This document shows positions 35,106 to 46,778 of a stretch of 64,000 nucleotides of DNA, one piece after another. Every line of letters starts with the position of its first letter. The stretch's first letter is position 1. Source of the DNA: Carcharhinus amblyrhynchos (taxonomy: Eukaryota); the NCBI GenBank assembly GCA_965287045.1, contig OZ336870.1:127100001-127164000 (forward strand), written 5' to 3'. The position numbers were made by a program, and so were the translations under genes. The notes under the pieces are model-generated. The model did not search any database and had not been told where the DNA came from. It saw nothing but the letters and a program-made list of their open reading frames with translations.

Positions 35106-37785
35106 ATGCAACTTAGTGCTGCTGTAGGCCAGTGTGCTTTGTTTAGCACAAAATATTCTTTTCAGAAAGATCTATAAAGATGACATTACTAATTAATATT
35201 TTATATAGCACATCTTTGTAACATTACTTTGACATTTAAGAGACAACAGGATGACATGATTTTAGGATTGTACATTTCTGGTCCCAGGATAGATGAACTG
35301 ATTGATCTCTCTTTATGAATATAGTTCATTGATGCTTGAGGATGAGATATAGAAAACGTATCTTGATCTAATAGATGGTATGATTGAAACTGGGCACTTC
35401 ATTGAAGCAGAGTAGAGGCAGCTTCATCTGTAACTGTACTTATTGAATCTGTAAGTTAACGTACAAATTATTGTGTATAAATCAATTGTGATGTAACTGA
35501 GCCGACAATTAGCAGTAGGAGGTGGACTGAGGAATGTTGAGATTGGGGTGCAAATTGGGTTGAAGAACTTAAGAGTCATAGGTAATCTAATCGGTGTTGG
35601 GACAATAAGGCACAGTTGGTGGAGTCTGACTTGCGATGGACGATGAAATGATTGAAAGTCAATCAGTTGAGTGAAAATTGGCACAAAAACAAAAAATGCT
35701 GGAAAATCTCACCAGATCTGACAGCATCTTTGAAGAGAGGACAAGAGCTAATGTTTCAAGTCTCCATCAGGGCTGAACTTGGCTCCTGGCCAAGTATGGT
35801 AGGAGACAGCATATGTGCTGACATTGAGGTAATTGGAATACAATCAAGTATTTGATAATAAGACCAGGAGAGCATCTGTACTGCAACGGGGAAGGAATTT
35901 CCTGGTCAGTCCCTGGAATACCTGCGGGGAAGTCGTTGGCGATTGACCTCCCTGGGCAAGCTTTAGCACACACATACTAAGCAACCTGTAAATATTAATT
36001 TCTATAACTTGAAAATAAGGCTTAGTAAAGGCATCACCATCTGTAAGTGGGAACAATGCTCCCCATATCTGTCATTATACTAAGAGTGGAGGTTCAACCC
36101 AAAGTCGTTGTTGTACACACCTCACTTGGGAATGCTTGAAGATGGCAAAAATGACTATTCCATTCACCAACAAAAATAACTCCTACTGAAGAGCACAAAA
36201 AGTCACAATAAAGATTTTTTTAAAGCGATATTTGCAATTTGAACTGAATAGTATTACATAATATGCAAGGATATTAGAGAGTTGCGTCGAGTCATGGGAC
36301 TGTACCATAGAAAACATGAGTGTCAATGGGACAAATTCTTCATAAATTGGACAAGGATAGAAATATATACCAAAAAAATAAAGTCATGAATTGAAATATG
36401 CAGCATACCTTTCTTGATCAGTTGTGTAAACAAAGGCTTTAATATCACTGTCTGCAGGGACTGAATGAACCTCATTGTTGCAGGCTTTAAGGCAGTTTAA
36501 GCAATGACAAACTGCACAGTCAGAGAAATTACAGGGGCCCCATGTCATCTGGCGAAAGGTCTTGCAAGAAACTCAATTAGTGCTGTTGAGCAGAGCTGTG
36601 TGCACTGAAAGATTGGGTAGTATCATATCATTGCTGACCGTGCAGGCCACTACCAATTTTGTAAATGCAAAGAAGAATGATAAATCTTACTACCGTTGGT
36701 AATGCACCACGTACAGCACTGGCTATGAAGTGAATCGAATCTAGTGACCAGTGGAGCAGACGTAAATAGGGTATTCAGAGTCCAATGTTCCATGAACTAA
36801 CCTTTGAGGAAGTGTCTCACTTAATAGATACTCACTCCTTCAAATTAAAATACTGGATGTATAACAGGATAAAATTTATTTAAAAAAACATGATTAATTA
36901 GAGCATCCCGATAGTTGGCTTTGTTTCATGAATTTTCCCAAAAACACTGAAACATTCTGTTTCTGAATTATTTTAGCAATATTTGTAATATTCCACATCT
37001 CTGTTGAAATAACATTGTACTGAATATGAAGGTATTTCAACACAGCTGTGATATTAATATTTTAACCTTCAAGTCAGATAGGCATAAGATTTGGGCAGGA
37101 ATCATCTGTCAAGCGTTTTTGAAATATGCGTTCCTATAGCTGAGAGATGATAGTGGTCACGACTCTCCCGAATTAGAACTAAGTACCCACGTCAGCAGAA
37201 AACCTGTAGTGTATTTGCTGCTGTTGCTGGCAGCATTTATCAGGTAGGATTCACCCATCTGAAAGATGCCAATGAGCTCATCTCAGGAAACTCACCAGCC
37301 AGCCCTGCTGTTCCAGGGCATCTTGAAAAGAATAAGTAGTTTGCAAAGGAGAAAATTAAATCACTTTTTCCTTTTGAAGAAACCACTGCTGTCAATCAGG
37401 CTTAAAATTTTTGTAAACATTGCAATTTGAAACAGTGGAGTTACTTGAGACGCATTCAAACTTGAAGGGATATGTAAATAAACACAGCTGACTGGCACCT
37501 GAGTGGAAATCCATTAAGCTGTTAATGTTGAAATAATGGTGAGGCTAATGATGCTCATTGTTATTTATGCACAAATGATACAGCAATTTCATGCAAGGGC
37601 AAGGGTGCAATTAAGTATAGAAATCCAAAAGCTGCCACAAGATTGCTCTGTACACCCCATTAGCTTCCTGAATATATCATCTTGTGAACTGGTACAAGAT
37701 TAAAATGAATTGAATGGTATGAGGTTACTATATTTGCGTGCAATATACACATTGAACATGTCACAAAGAGTTATGTATTGCCTGT

Positions 37786-38339
37786 TGTTAGGATTCTGGA
37801 CCAGAACCGAATTACGTTAGGATGTCAGACCAGACAGCAGCGGTTTTTCTATTTTGACATGAAAGTGAGGGATAGGCTACTATACTCCAGGAGCAACCCT
37901 GCTGACAAATTAGGGATCTTTTATAGTAAAACTTTATTTAATAACATAGTTTAATTATAATTCTAACAAATGAAGCAGCTTAACTATTAACAGTGGAACA
38001 ATACTTAAAAATAAAAGGAAACAACTTTAATTTCAAACTTATTACTGTTTCACTTCCAAAGAAGCAACATTTCTCTTACAGACTTACAATGCCACTGAGT
38101 ATAGCTAGCATCCAGAAATATACTTGCTTTAGCCCTGCCTACCTAAACCCACATTTCACTCTTTAATCAAAAACTTCAGGGAACCTTCCCTTTTCATAAA
38201 AGAAGTCCTTTCAATCTATTTTAATAAACATGACTAAAATGAGTAATTATCCTGTTCTCCTAGTATCTTAGCTAAATATTTTCCAGATAATTGACAACCT
38301 GCAGAATAGAGTGGAATTTGTAAACAGTCCCCTTAAACA
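37786..38339 (-). mobile_element. Degraded LTR (Gypsy/ERV-type)
   Basis: tgttaggattctggaccaga start, tttatt poly(A) signal on the minus strand and an ...aaaca end; resembles shark LTRs from memory. Confidence 0.5.
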
Positions 38340-38352
38340 TAAGGAAAACAAT

Positions 38353-39047
38353 GGGGACAGTTCTCCCAGAAAAATTCTAAGTGTCGAATTCATGTGAAAA
38401 TTGTAGTAAATCACATTGTTTTTTTCAGCGGGAGTTCAAAGAAGAATCTCCCACACTCTGTGCACTGTTCAATGCACTAGCATGAAACACAATGAAAATC
38501 TGGGGGCAGTGCTTATTCCCACTGGAGAGGCCGGCAGCATAATGCTGAACGAGCCTCAATTGCTGGCCAGCTTGATTGCCCTAAGATTCCTCTCTCCCCA
38601 CCCCACCTCCTGCCCCCATTACCCGATCGCTGGCTCCCCAAACATACCAGAGCCCAACCTCAGCCCCTCCCACCCACCCTGCTTACCGACAGCATCGACC
38701 CCCTTCCCCAAAAACCCCGATGGCCAGCTGGGATCGCTAGGACTGATCTGACTATCTAGGTGCCAATGCCGAGGCGCCCTGACGTCCGACCCTCTGAGGG
38801 GCCTCAGTTGCCCTGCCCTCACTCCACTGAGGTCAGGCGACCAGCTCCCTGCCCGGAGCTTTCAGTCTCGGGCCCGCTGATAACATTTAAATCATATCGA
38901 AATTAACATCAGCATAATTTATGCAGCTCAACGGATATCTGGCACTGGGAGACACATATTTGGGGCTGGATACCCAGCCCGGATCCTGCGGATCAGGCAT
39001 CGCCTAAAACTCCTGGCTTGCTGCACTAGAAAATCAGTGCAGTAGGA
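38353..39047. mobile_element. Non-autonomous Harbinger-like element, truncated
   Basis: Starts ggggacagttctccc, has a GC-rich C-run interior and ends abruptly at the duplicated block. Confidence 0.55.
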
Positions 39048-39196
39048 TGCTCCCCTCCTAGCTGGAGTCTGGAAGTGGGCATGCCGGGATGTCTGCTACG
39101 ATCTTCTCTGAGGCAGTTAATTAAGGACCCACCCCGGGACTCTTGCTGACTTAAGGAAGGTGGCCAGATTGGGGGATAGGCTGGTAGGAGAGCCAA
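39048..39196 (+). repeat. 149-bp local duplication, copy 1
   Basis: About 9 substitutions and no indels versus 39900-40048. Confidence 0.95.
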
Positions 39197-39899
39197 TATG
39201 CTCACTTCATATTTGTTTAATCTGACTAGTTAAGGAGGTACACAGTTGCTCGCCCTGATCGTACAGCTCAGCATTGCCCCAGAGAGGATGCCATGCCATT
39301 TCATTTTCTAAATTCCAGTGCACAGTTTCATGGAAATTAAATGAACAATGGCCGACGTCAATTGTTGCCCTCCTGCAGCAGTAAGTCGGCTTTTGTTTGA
39401 GTAGGAATGGTGCTCACCTATTTCCCAGTCTTCTCCATGTTCAGAATAGCCTGGAGGTTGGTGGGAATGGGGCGGTAAGTGCAACATGATTTTCAACTTG
39501 TGGCTTTCCCACTCTCACTCAAAAACAGCCAGAAATCATCCTCAGTATTGTTCATTTTAAACAGTAACAGGCATGGAAATAGTTTAATTGCCCAAAGCAA
39601 TAAGCAGTTTAGTTGTTTTACACTTGTACTTTCAAATCCAATTAGCAAATATTTTTTGGGTAGCAGGAAATTACAGTGACTGGTCTCATTAATCATGAGA
39701 GGAATGATGTCTCTCCTGCTTTGATATTAAAATAGCACTCTGTATTTACTGCAAGGTAAATTTATACTGCTAGGTATTCCTGTAGTGTAGACAGTATTTC
39801 TTTCACTGACGTCCCTGGCCTTCCATTTGATTGACCCTATCCTATTATCTCTTCCAATCAATGCACATGTGCAAACACAGTGACAGGCTGAATTTTCCC

Positions 39900-40048
39900 T
39901 GCTCCCCTCTTAGCTGGAGTCTGGAAGTGGGCATGCCAGGATGTCTGTTACGATCTTCTCTGAGGCAGTTAATCAAGGAGCCACTCCAGGACTCTTGCTG
40001 ACTTAAGGAAGGTGGGCAGATTGGGGGATAGGCTAGTAGGAGAGCCAA
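39900..40048 (+). repeat. 149-bp local duplication, copy 2 (within a MITE-like element at ~39884-40350)
   Basis: tgctcccctcttagctggagtctggaagtgggcatgcc...gtaggagagccaa. Confidence 0.95.
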
Positions 40049-40350
40049 CAGCGATGTCTGCTGTCAGCGCCACTGGGAGAGATGGGCGCTGCCATATAGG
40101 GAGGAGAATGCGAGGCTGCCTTATGATGGAGGCAGCTGCTGAAGAATTACAAATTGGTGAAAGGAAGACGTGGCTGCAGATATCCTGTTGTCAGGGATGC
40201 GGACCTCTGATTCCATGGCTCCCGGAGACGAGTGATTTAAGGAGAAATCGACGGCCCCCTGAGTTGTCACCAAGAAACTTCCTTCAGGCGACTGCCAGAC
40301 TTCTGTCTTTGCAAGGAATCCATCTGCTGTCAGGAAGATTCCAGCTGTCA

Positions 40351-40522
40351 AAGTTTAAAGTTTATTAGTGTCACAAGTAGGCTTACATTAACACTGCAAT
40401 GAAGTTACTGTGAAAATCCCCTACTCGCCAACTCTGATGCCTATTTGTGTACACTGAGGGAGAGTTTAGCATGACTGATGCACCTAACCAGCATGTCTTT
40501 TGGACTGTGGGAGGAAATCAGA
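40351..40522 (-). mobile_element. tRNA-SINE 3' half (family of 45465-45742)
   Basis: aaagtttattagtgtcacaagtaggcttacattaacactgcaatgaagttactgtgaaaatcccc; another tail lies at ~6832-6905. Confidence 0.85.
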
Positions 40523-40887
40523 GCCATTTGGCTTGCAACTATATGCCAGCCCGGAAACAACAGATTAATTGAAGCAAAATCGGTGCATGGTTAATTGATG
40601 AGAAACCACATTCAATCTCAATGTTTGGTAAGATGGATTTGTAAAGTTTTCAATGAACCAAGTCCTGACTTCCAAGCCCTGTTCTTCTTCCCTGCTCCTT
40701 TTGTTTTTCATTTACTCTACTGAGAGGATAGGTTTTGGTGTTGGGAAAAAGGCACTAACAGTCCTGCTGTAGGATCTGTAAGGAGTGGTTGCATGAGATG
40801 CATGTGAGAAGGGGTAAAATGGGATGTTTGAGGAGAGAGTGAATGCACCAATTAGCAAAGAGTTAGAATAGAATTTGTCAGAGGAGG

Positions 40888-40980
40888 CGGGGGGATTGGG
40901 GTGTGTGAGATGAGGGAGGGAGGGCGGATTGGGATGCGTGAGATGAGGGAGCGGGGGTGGATTGGGATGCGTGGATGGGA
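40888..40980 (+). repeat. G-rich minisatellite, ~3 copies of a ~32-bp unit
   Basis: ggattggg(g/a)tg(t/c)gtgagatgagggag... repeated. Confidence 0.8.
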
Positions 40981-43644
40981 GGAGACCAATGCTTTCTTTA
41001 AACAGTCTAAAGTGTGTGTCCACAGCCGTGCAACAATCTGCAGTGTACCATGCATTGAAATATAACGCGCACACACAGACACACATCGTGAAAGTTCAGT
41101 GACTAACAATGTAAGCTGCCCAATGGATATAGAAGTATTGTTCAGAAGAGTTTGTAGCCCTCCCATTACAAAAAACATTTATTATATTTATTTATTAGGA
41201 CAGGATGAGATTTGCTGAATTAGGAAGGGGCCCTTGGAGCGATTTGAGAATGAGGATGAAAACTTTAAATCTCAGGTGTTTCCTAACTAGGAGCCACTGT
41301 GGACCAATGAGCACAGAGGTGATGGTGAATGGAACAATGTAAATTCAACTTATTGTTCCATACCTCACATTACTTAATTTCAGTTCAACCAACTATCAGC
41401 AGGAAGGTAGAGAATCTCAGCTATAAAAATCGATGCCACTATGGCTGAATCAGGTCTAATACCCTAAAGACCTGAAGTGTATTTTAATTCAGCATTTTTG
41501 AATCAGCATTCATGGTACGAAAAGGCATGATTAATTATTAATTTCTAGATTTTATTTTTGGTCATTGACTTGTCCAGCCAAGACAGCACTTTTATGCTAG
41601 TCGAAAAGAAGGTTCAACAGGGAGATTATTGAACTTATGAGATAAACAACTATGCAGACTGTTGAGCAGGGTCCTGCTGCAGGGCCACAGGTACAGATAA
41701 ACACTGGGTGTTGTAAATTAGCAGTGTTAGTGGTAGAATAAATGGAAGCTTGTGGGGAGCCATCATAGAGGAAAGGAAGTATGAATGTCACTACTACTGC
41801 CACATCCAGTGGTGTACAGAAGACTTGTAAGGATTGTTTTCCCTAAAGCCATATATTTACCTACTTTTCTAAAAACTAAACTGTCACAAAATGTATATAC
41901 CCAATAATGCCAGATACCGGAAAGAATCTCAAAGCATTCAGCTCATATCAAGTTTCAAGTAGCTTTAATCTGCATGCCATTAATTGGATTCGGGCTTTGT
42001 AACTCGCTCCCAGGTTTCTCTTATCTTTCAGTCCATTTACTGTCATGTGTAAAAATGAAAATGTGCCTCATGCTGAGGAACTAACCACCAGTACTTGAAA
42101 AATCAGCTCTTTGTTCGTTTGTGCATTTCTGAGAATTATAGCGACACAGTGAAATGATTTTATTAATTGGTTTGCTGTGGTGAGGCATGAACGTGTTTTC
42201 CAAACTCTTTCTGACATGTGAAATATAAGCTCCCGAGCATTCAGTCAAAAGAATATATGATACTGTGCAGAAAGTTTAGGTACAGATTCTGGAAGACATT
42301 TAGCCAAAGGTTCAATTCGATCTGACGTGAAAACTCCCAGAGGAGACTGTAACCTGGTTACCATCATTGAACGCCAGAGAGGCTTTGTACTCATCTAATT
42401 TCAACGTCCCATTTTCTGGTGTTCACAGTCATTAAAGGCCAGAGTTAGTGTAGAAAGGAAAGATTTGGCCTTGAAATGAATTTGCTTTGTACTTTTCACT
42501 GTTGAGATATTGGACAAATCCCAACATTGAACTACTTTAAAATAACTGGTGGCTTCCATTGTGCAATCCTTGACTCCTGACGTGATAAGGAATGGGTCAC
42601 ATAGAATTTGCACTATTCAAACAGGCCATTCAGCCCACCTAGTCAATGCTGGGTTGAAGAGGAGAAATGCAAAGTTGTGCTGTGTTCCTATTCTGTGTAA
42701 AAACTCTGGAGCTTGGACAGTTTTTAAGATTTGAAGAGCTGGATTTTCATGAAGGATGTGGGAAGTAGGAGCTGATATTGTTCATGACTCTGCAAACCTG
42801 ACTCTGTTAAAGATTCTCTCACCCATATATTTTTGTTTTGAGGCGGTGGATGCAGGACGGAGTCAGGCATCAGCCCAGTTGTATACGTGACTGTTGAGTC
42901 CTCGATTCCTTACTCCACCGCCTTCCATTCCCTTCATATCTCCCACAGCTCATCAATGCCCCCTCATATGGCTCAGTCTCCTTCCACATCTTCCACACCT
43001 TCCATACCTACTCTTCCAGTATCCTCTATGAACAGATCCAGTGAGCTGTATGCAAGGCTGGCAAGTCTTTGAAATGTCTCTGAAACTGACAAAATAAGGA
43101 AAAGACTTTGATAATCTTCTTTCTGGAAAACTGCTCAACTTAGAACCTTTTAAAACCTTTCAATCAATCATAGCCATTTGAATGGTATCAGTGTTGAAAA
43201 GCTATTTTCCACTTCACGCTTCTTAATCTTGTGTAAATAAACCCACAGGCACTGAAAAATCTGTTCAAAGTAGGATCAGGTTAAAATGTGAATCAAATAA
43301 AACTATCACTCTCCTGCAAGCTGTGTCAAAATTGCCTGTAGGGCTGAATGCATTGTTCATTCTTGAAGCTCAGCCAAACATTCATCTGGTATCAACAAAA
43401 GCAGATGGTTGGACTTTTTTTTCCCCATTGGAATCAGGTTCTGCCTGTCATCTTTAAAGGCCTCCTATATCTGCCCACTTCCCAGAAAATTTGGACTGAA
43501 GTTTTAATTAATGGAATAGGTAACGCTCAAAAGATCTTTCATTATAGGTGTGATCTCACCACATTGTTTAGATCTTCAGTAGTGCAATAACAGTAGTCAT
43601 TGATTTTCTGTCTTAACTGCATCAATATGAGTAGAAAGAAGAAA

Positions 43645-44050
43645 AAGAACAGATTTGCATTTATATAGTTGTGTCCCCAATTCAGAACATCCTAAAGCAC
43701 TTTACATTAGTGAATTGCTTCTGAAGTTTAATCGTTGTTGTAATGTAGGAAATTCAGCAGCCAATTCAAACACAGCAAGATTCCAAAAACAATCATGTGA
43801 TAATGACCAGAACACATGTTACAGGGAAGTTCATTGAAGGATAAGTGTTGATCAAGGTAATCTTCCTTAAATAGTACCATGGACTCTTTCCGAGAGGGAA
43901 AACTGTACCTGCGTTAAATGTTTCATCCAAATGATGGCATTGCCTGCAGTGCAGTACTTTCTTGATACTGCACTGGAGTGTCAGCCTAGATTTTGTGTTC
44001 AGATCTTTGGAGCTGTGTGGAACCCACAACCTTCTGATTTGAAGGGGAGA
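43645..44050 (-). mobile_element. SacSINE1/DeuSINE-like SINE, near full length
   Basis: gatttgcatttatatag tail and tactgcactggagtgtcagcctagattttgtg core. Confidence 0.75.
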
Positions 44051-45464
44051 CTGCTATATCTGTAATATCTGTAATACCATGGGCCTCATAAATATGAGTG
44101 GAAATTAGGCAGAAACACAAATGTCTCTAACTTTTAATAGTGACAGTGACTGTCAGCTTTGGAGTGGCTGTGGTACACATTGTGTCATCAGTGTGCAGGG
44201 ATGTTCACATTGATGGATAGTCAGTTGTAACATTATTCATTTTTAAAAGATCAGGAAACAATTTTCAGTTAATTATGGGCAAAATTCTGTACCCTGTGCT
44301 GGTGTGAATATAGATGAAAAGGTACTTCTATACACTGAGCTATGGTCTGAATGCTGATTAGTTTGTAAACCCTTCTGATAAAGTTATCAGTATGCTAGTT
44401 CTGGCGTAGAATCGAAATCCAGTTGTTCAAACATTCAAAGACCATCTCGGAAGCACTTGCAATTTATTTATTAATTGAAAAGCAAAACTCTTGCAATCCA
44501 AAGCAAAACCTGAATACTTAATTAATGAATTGTTCAGAGATTTGTTAACAAGCTGCTATGAAAATTATATCAGGAATTTGTTTTATTTATAATTGTTGGT
44601 ATTGCCGTGAAGAAATTCTTCAGCATCCCTTTTATTTTCTGTGGCAGATGGCAGATAAAAGCTGGACCTGTTCATTAAATATAAATCAGTCTGGAAGATA
44701 TTTCTTTGTTTTGTTTTTGTTCCTTCTCCTCTGGGATGTTCAGCTGAATCCAAGCTAGACAGGTGGTATGAGAGTTTCCTCTTTCTGACTGTTGCTATGG
44801 CGTCTTAGCAAAATGAGTTCAAAAACCTCAAACTAGTTTTCAGTGAACACAGAAGACCTGCTTCAAATTGTTGTACAATATTCCCAAATTAACAATACTT
44901 TCAGTTGACAATCTTATGTTTAAAGCTTATAAGTTTTGAAGCTTTGTGAAATTATAATTTCTTCCTTGCTTACTTGTTGGTTCTTTTGTTATTCAGGTTG
45001 AAGTATTTTGTATTCTAACTCATCTATATCCACCTTGTATTTGCTGGTTGCCATGCATAGCATGGTTTTAAAATAGATTTATAAATTTATCATTTCTAAG
45101 TTCACAGCACAAAGCTGTCCTTACCTCATCACCCAATTTATCTGTCGGACTCAGTAAAAATACATTAAGGGCGTAGAGTGGAATAAGGCAGGTGTTTCAA
45201 CCCAGGATTGAGGAATGTTGTCTAATGGGGTAAATCAAAGCTGGAGTTTTTTGTTATTCATCGAGGCTTTAGTTGGAGAATGCAGCAAGATAAAAATCAG
45301 CTAGTATATGCGCCAGGCGAAATGGCAGTTGGCGTTTGGGTTCATGGAGATGGAGAACAATTTTGTCTTTGTTGATAAAGTTTTTGGTTTTTCATAAACC
45401 AGCAGCTGACAAGAGCTAGGTCTGTGCTAGATGGTTGCAATCATTGTCCAAATGCTCACAATTA

Positions 45465-45742
45465 GGGTGGTATGGTCGCATAGTGGTTAGCACTGCTGGA
45501 TTTGATTCCTGGCTTCAGTCATTATCTGTTGCTGAGTCTGCATGTTCTGCCTGTGCCTGTGTGGGTTTCTTCCAGATGCTCTGGTTTCCTCTGACAATCC
45601 GGTGCATTGGTTAGGTGCACTGACCATGCTAAATTCTCCCTCAGTGTACCCAAACAGGCGCCGGAGTGTGGCAGCTAGGGGATTTTCACAGTAACTTCAT
45701 TGCAGTGTTAAGCAAACCTACTTGTGGCACTAATAAATAAAC
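45465..45742 (+). mobile_element. tRNA-derived SINE, near full length
   Basis: Head tggtcgcatagtggttagcactgctg; tail cagtaacttcattgcagtgttaa...cactaataaataaac. Confidence 0.85.
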
Positions 45743-46333
45743 TTCAATTAGGAAAAGTGTTTATTTCTTTAGAGTCAGTGTATGCTTGTGCCATTTGAGT
45801 GGAAAAACACTGGACAACTCGGGGCTTATTAGAGTTGCTGTGTGACTGAATTGTATGTCATGATTTTGGAATTCCATGAACAAATTTACAAGAGTGGTAA
45901 CTTTGCAATTGAGTTACTGTCAGCTATGCTATTTGACATTAAAATTGTGTCCAATCCCATATAATACAGTATATGGATTTTTAAAAAAATGGTTGCAACG
46001 CATAAATGCTTGCCAATGGGAAGGATAATTGTGTGAGATCTCTCTGATCAGCCAGAGTGTGGAGAAAAAGGGAAATCTCAGCCAATGAAGGAGAAAGACT
46101 GGAGGATTTCAGCCAAATTGGAAGTAACGTAAAAATAACAAATGTATATGTTTAATTGCTTGACTAATTTTTTAACAGAAAAATACTTGTGCCATGTTAC
46201 AGGAGATCTGTGGAATTTTAATAAAATGGAAGAGGCACCTCAGGAAAAAAAGGTTGAGAACCCCTAAAAGAGGGTGTGTTGTTCTGGGATGGGTGGTAAG
46301 GCATATTGCTGAAAGAATCTTGTCGGAGATATT

Positions 46334-46453
46334 GGGTGGGATTCTCTGGCCTCCCAGCTGCTGTCGTTGGGATTTCCCATTAAAGCCCCTCCGACTCTGC
46401 TGCTGGCGGGCCCAAATAATCCCACTGGCGTGAACAACCAGAGAATCCCATCC
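46334..46453. mobile_element. 120-bp MITE with 16-bp TIRs and 3-bp TSD (ATT), PIF/Harbinger type
   Basis: att|gggtgggattctctgg ... ccagagaatcccatcc|att; TIR match 15/16. Confidence 0.85.
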
Positions 46454-46644
46454 ATTGCCTTTATCCAGCCAATAGCTAACTGGAGGAGAAGGGTCTGGCA
46501 CATTTCAATTAACATGGGACTGAATACAGCAATGTGAACACATAACCCACATCTAGGGTGATTCTAGTGTTGGACAGAGCCAAGTGCACAAGCAAGTATG
46601 GAGGTAGCTCCTGGTTTGAACTATTTACTGTATATTTGCCAACT

Positions 46645-46778
46645 TTAAGGGCATTCAAATGGTCAGTGGATAGGCATATGGATAATATTGGAATAGTTTA
46701 GGTTAGAGGGTCATTAGATTGATTCCACTGGTCGGCGCAACATCGAGGGCCGAAGGGCCTGTACTGTACTGTTCTATG
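46645..46778 (+). mobile_element. CR1 3' tail
   Basis: ggtcggcgcaacatcgagggccgaagggcctgtactgtactgttctatg. Confidence 0.8.
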
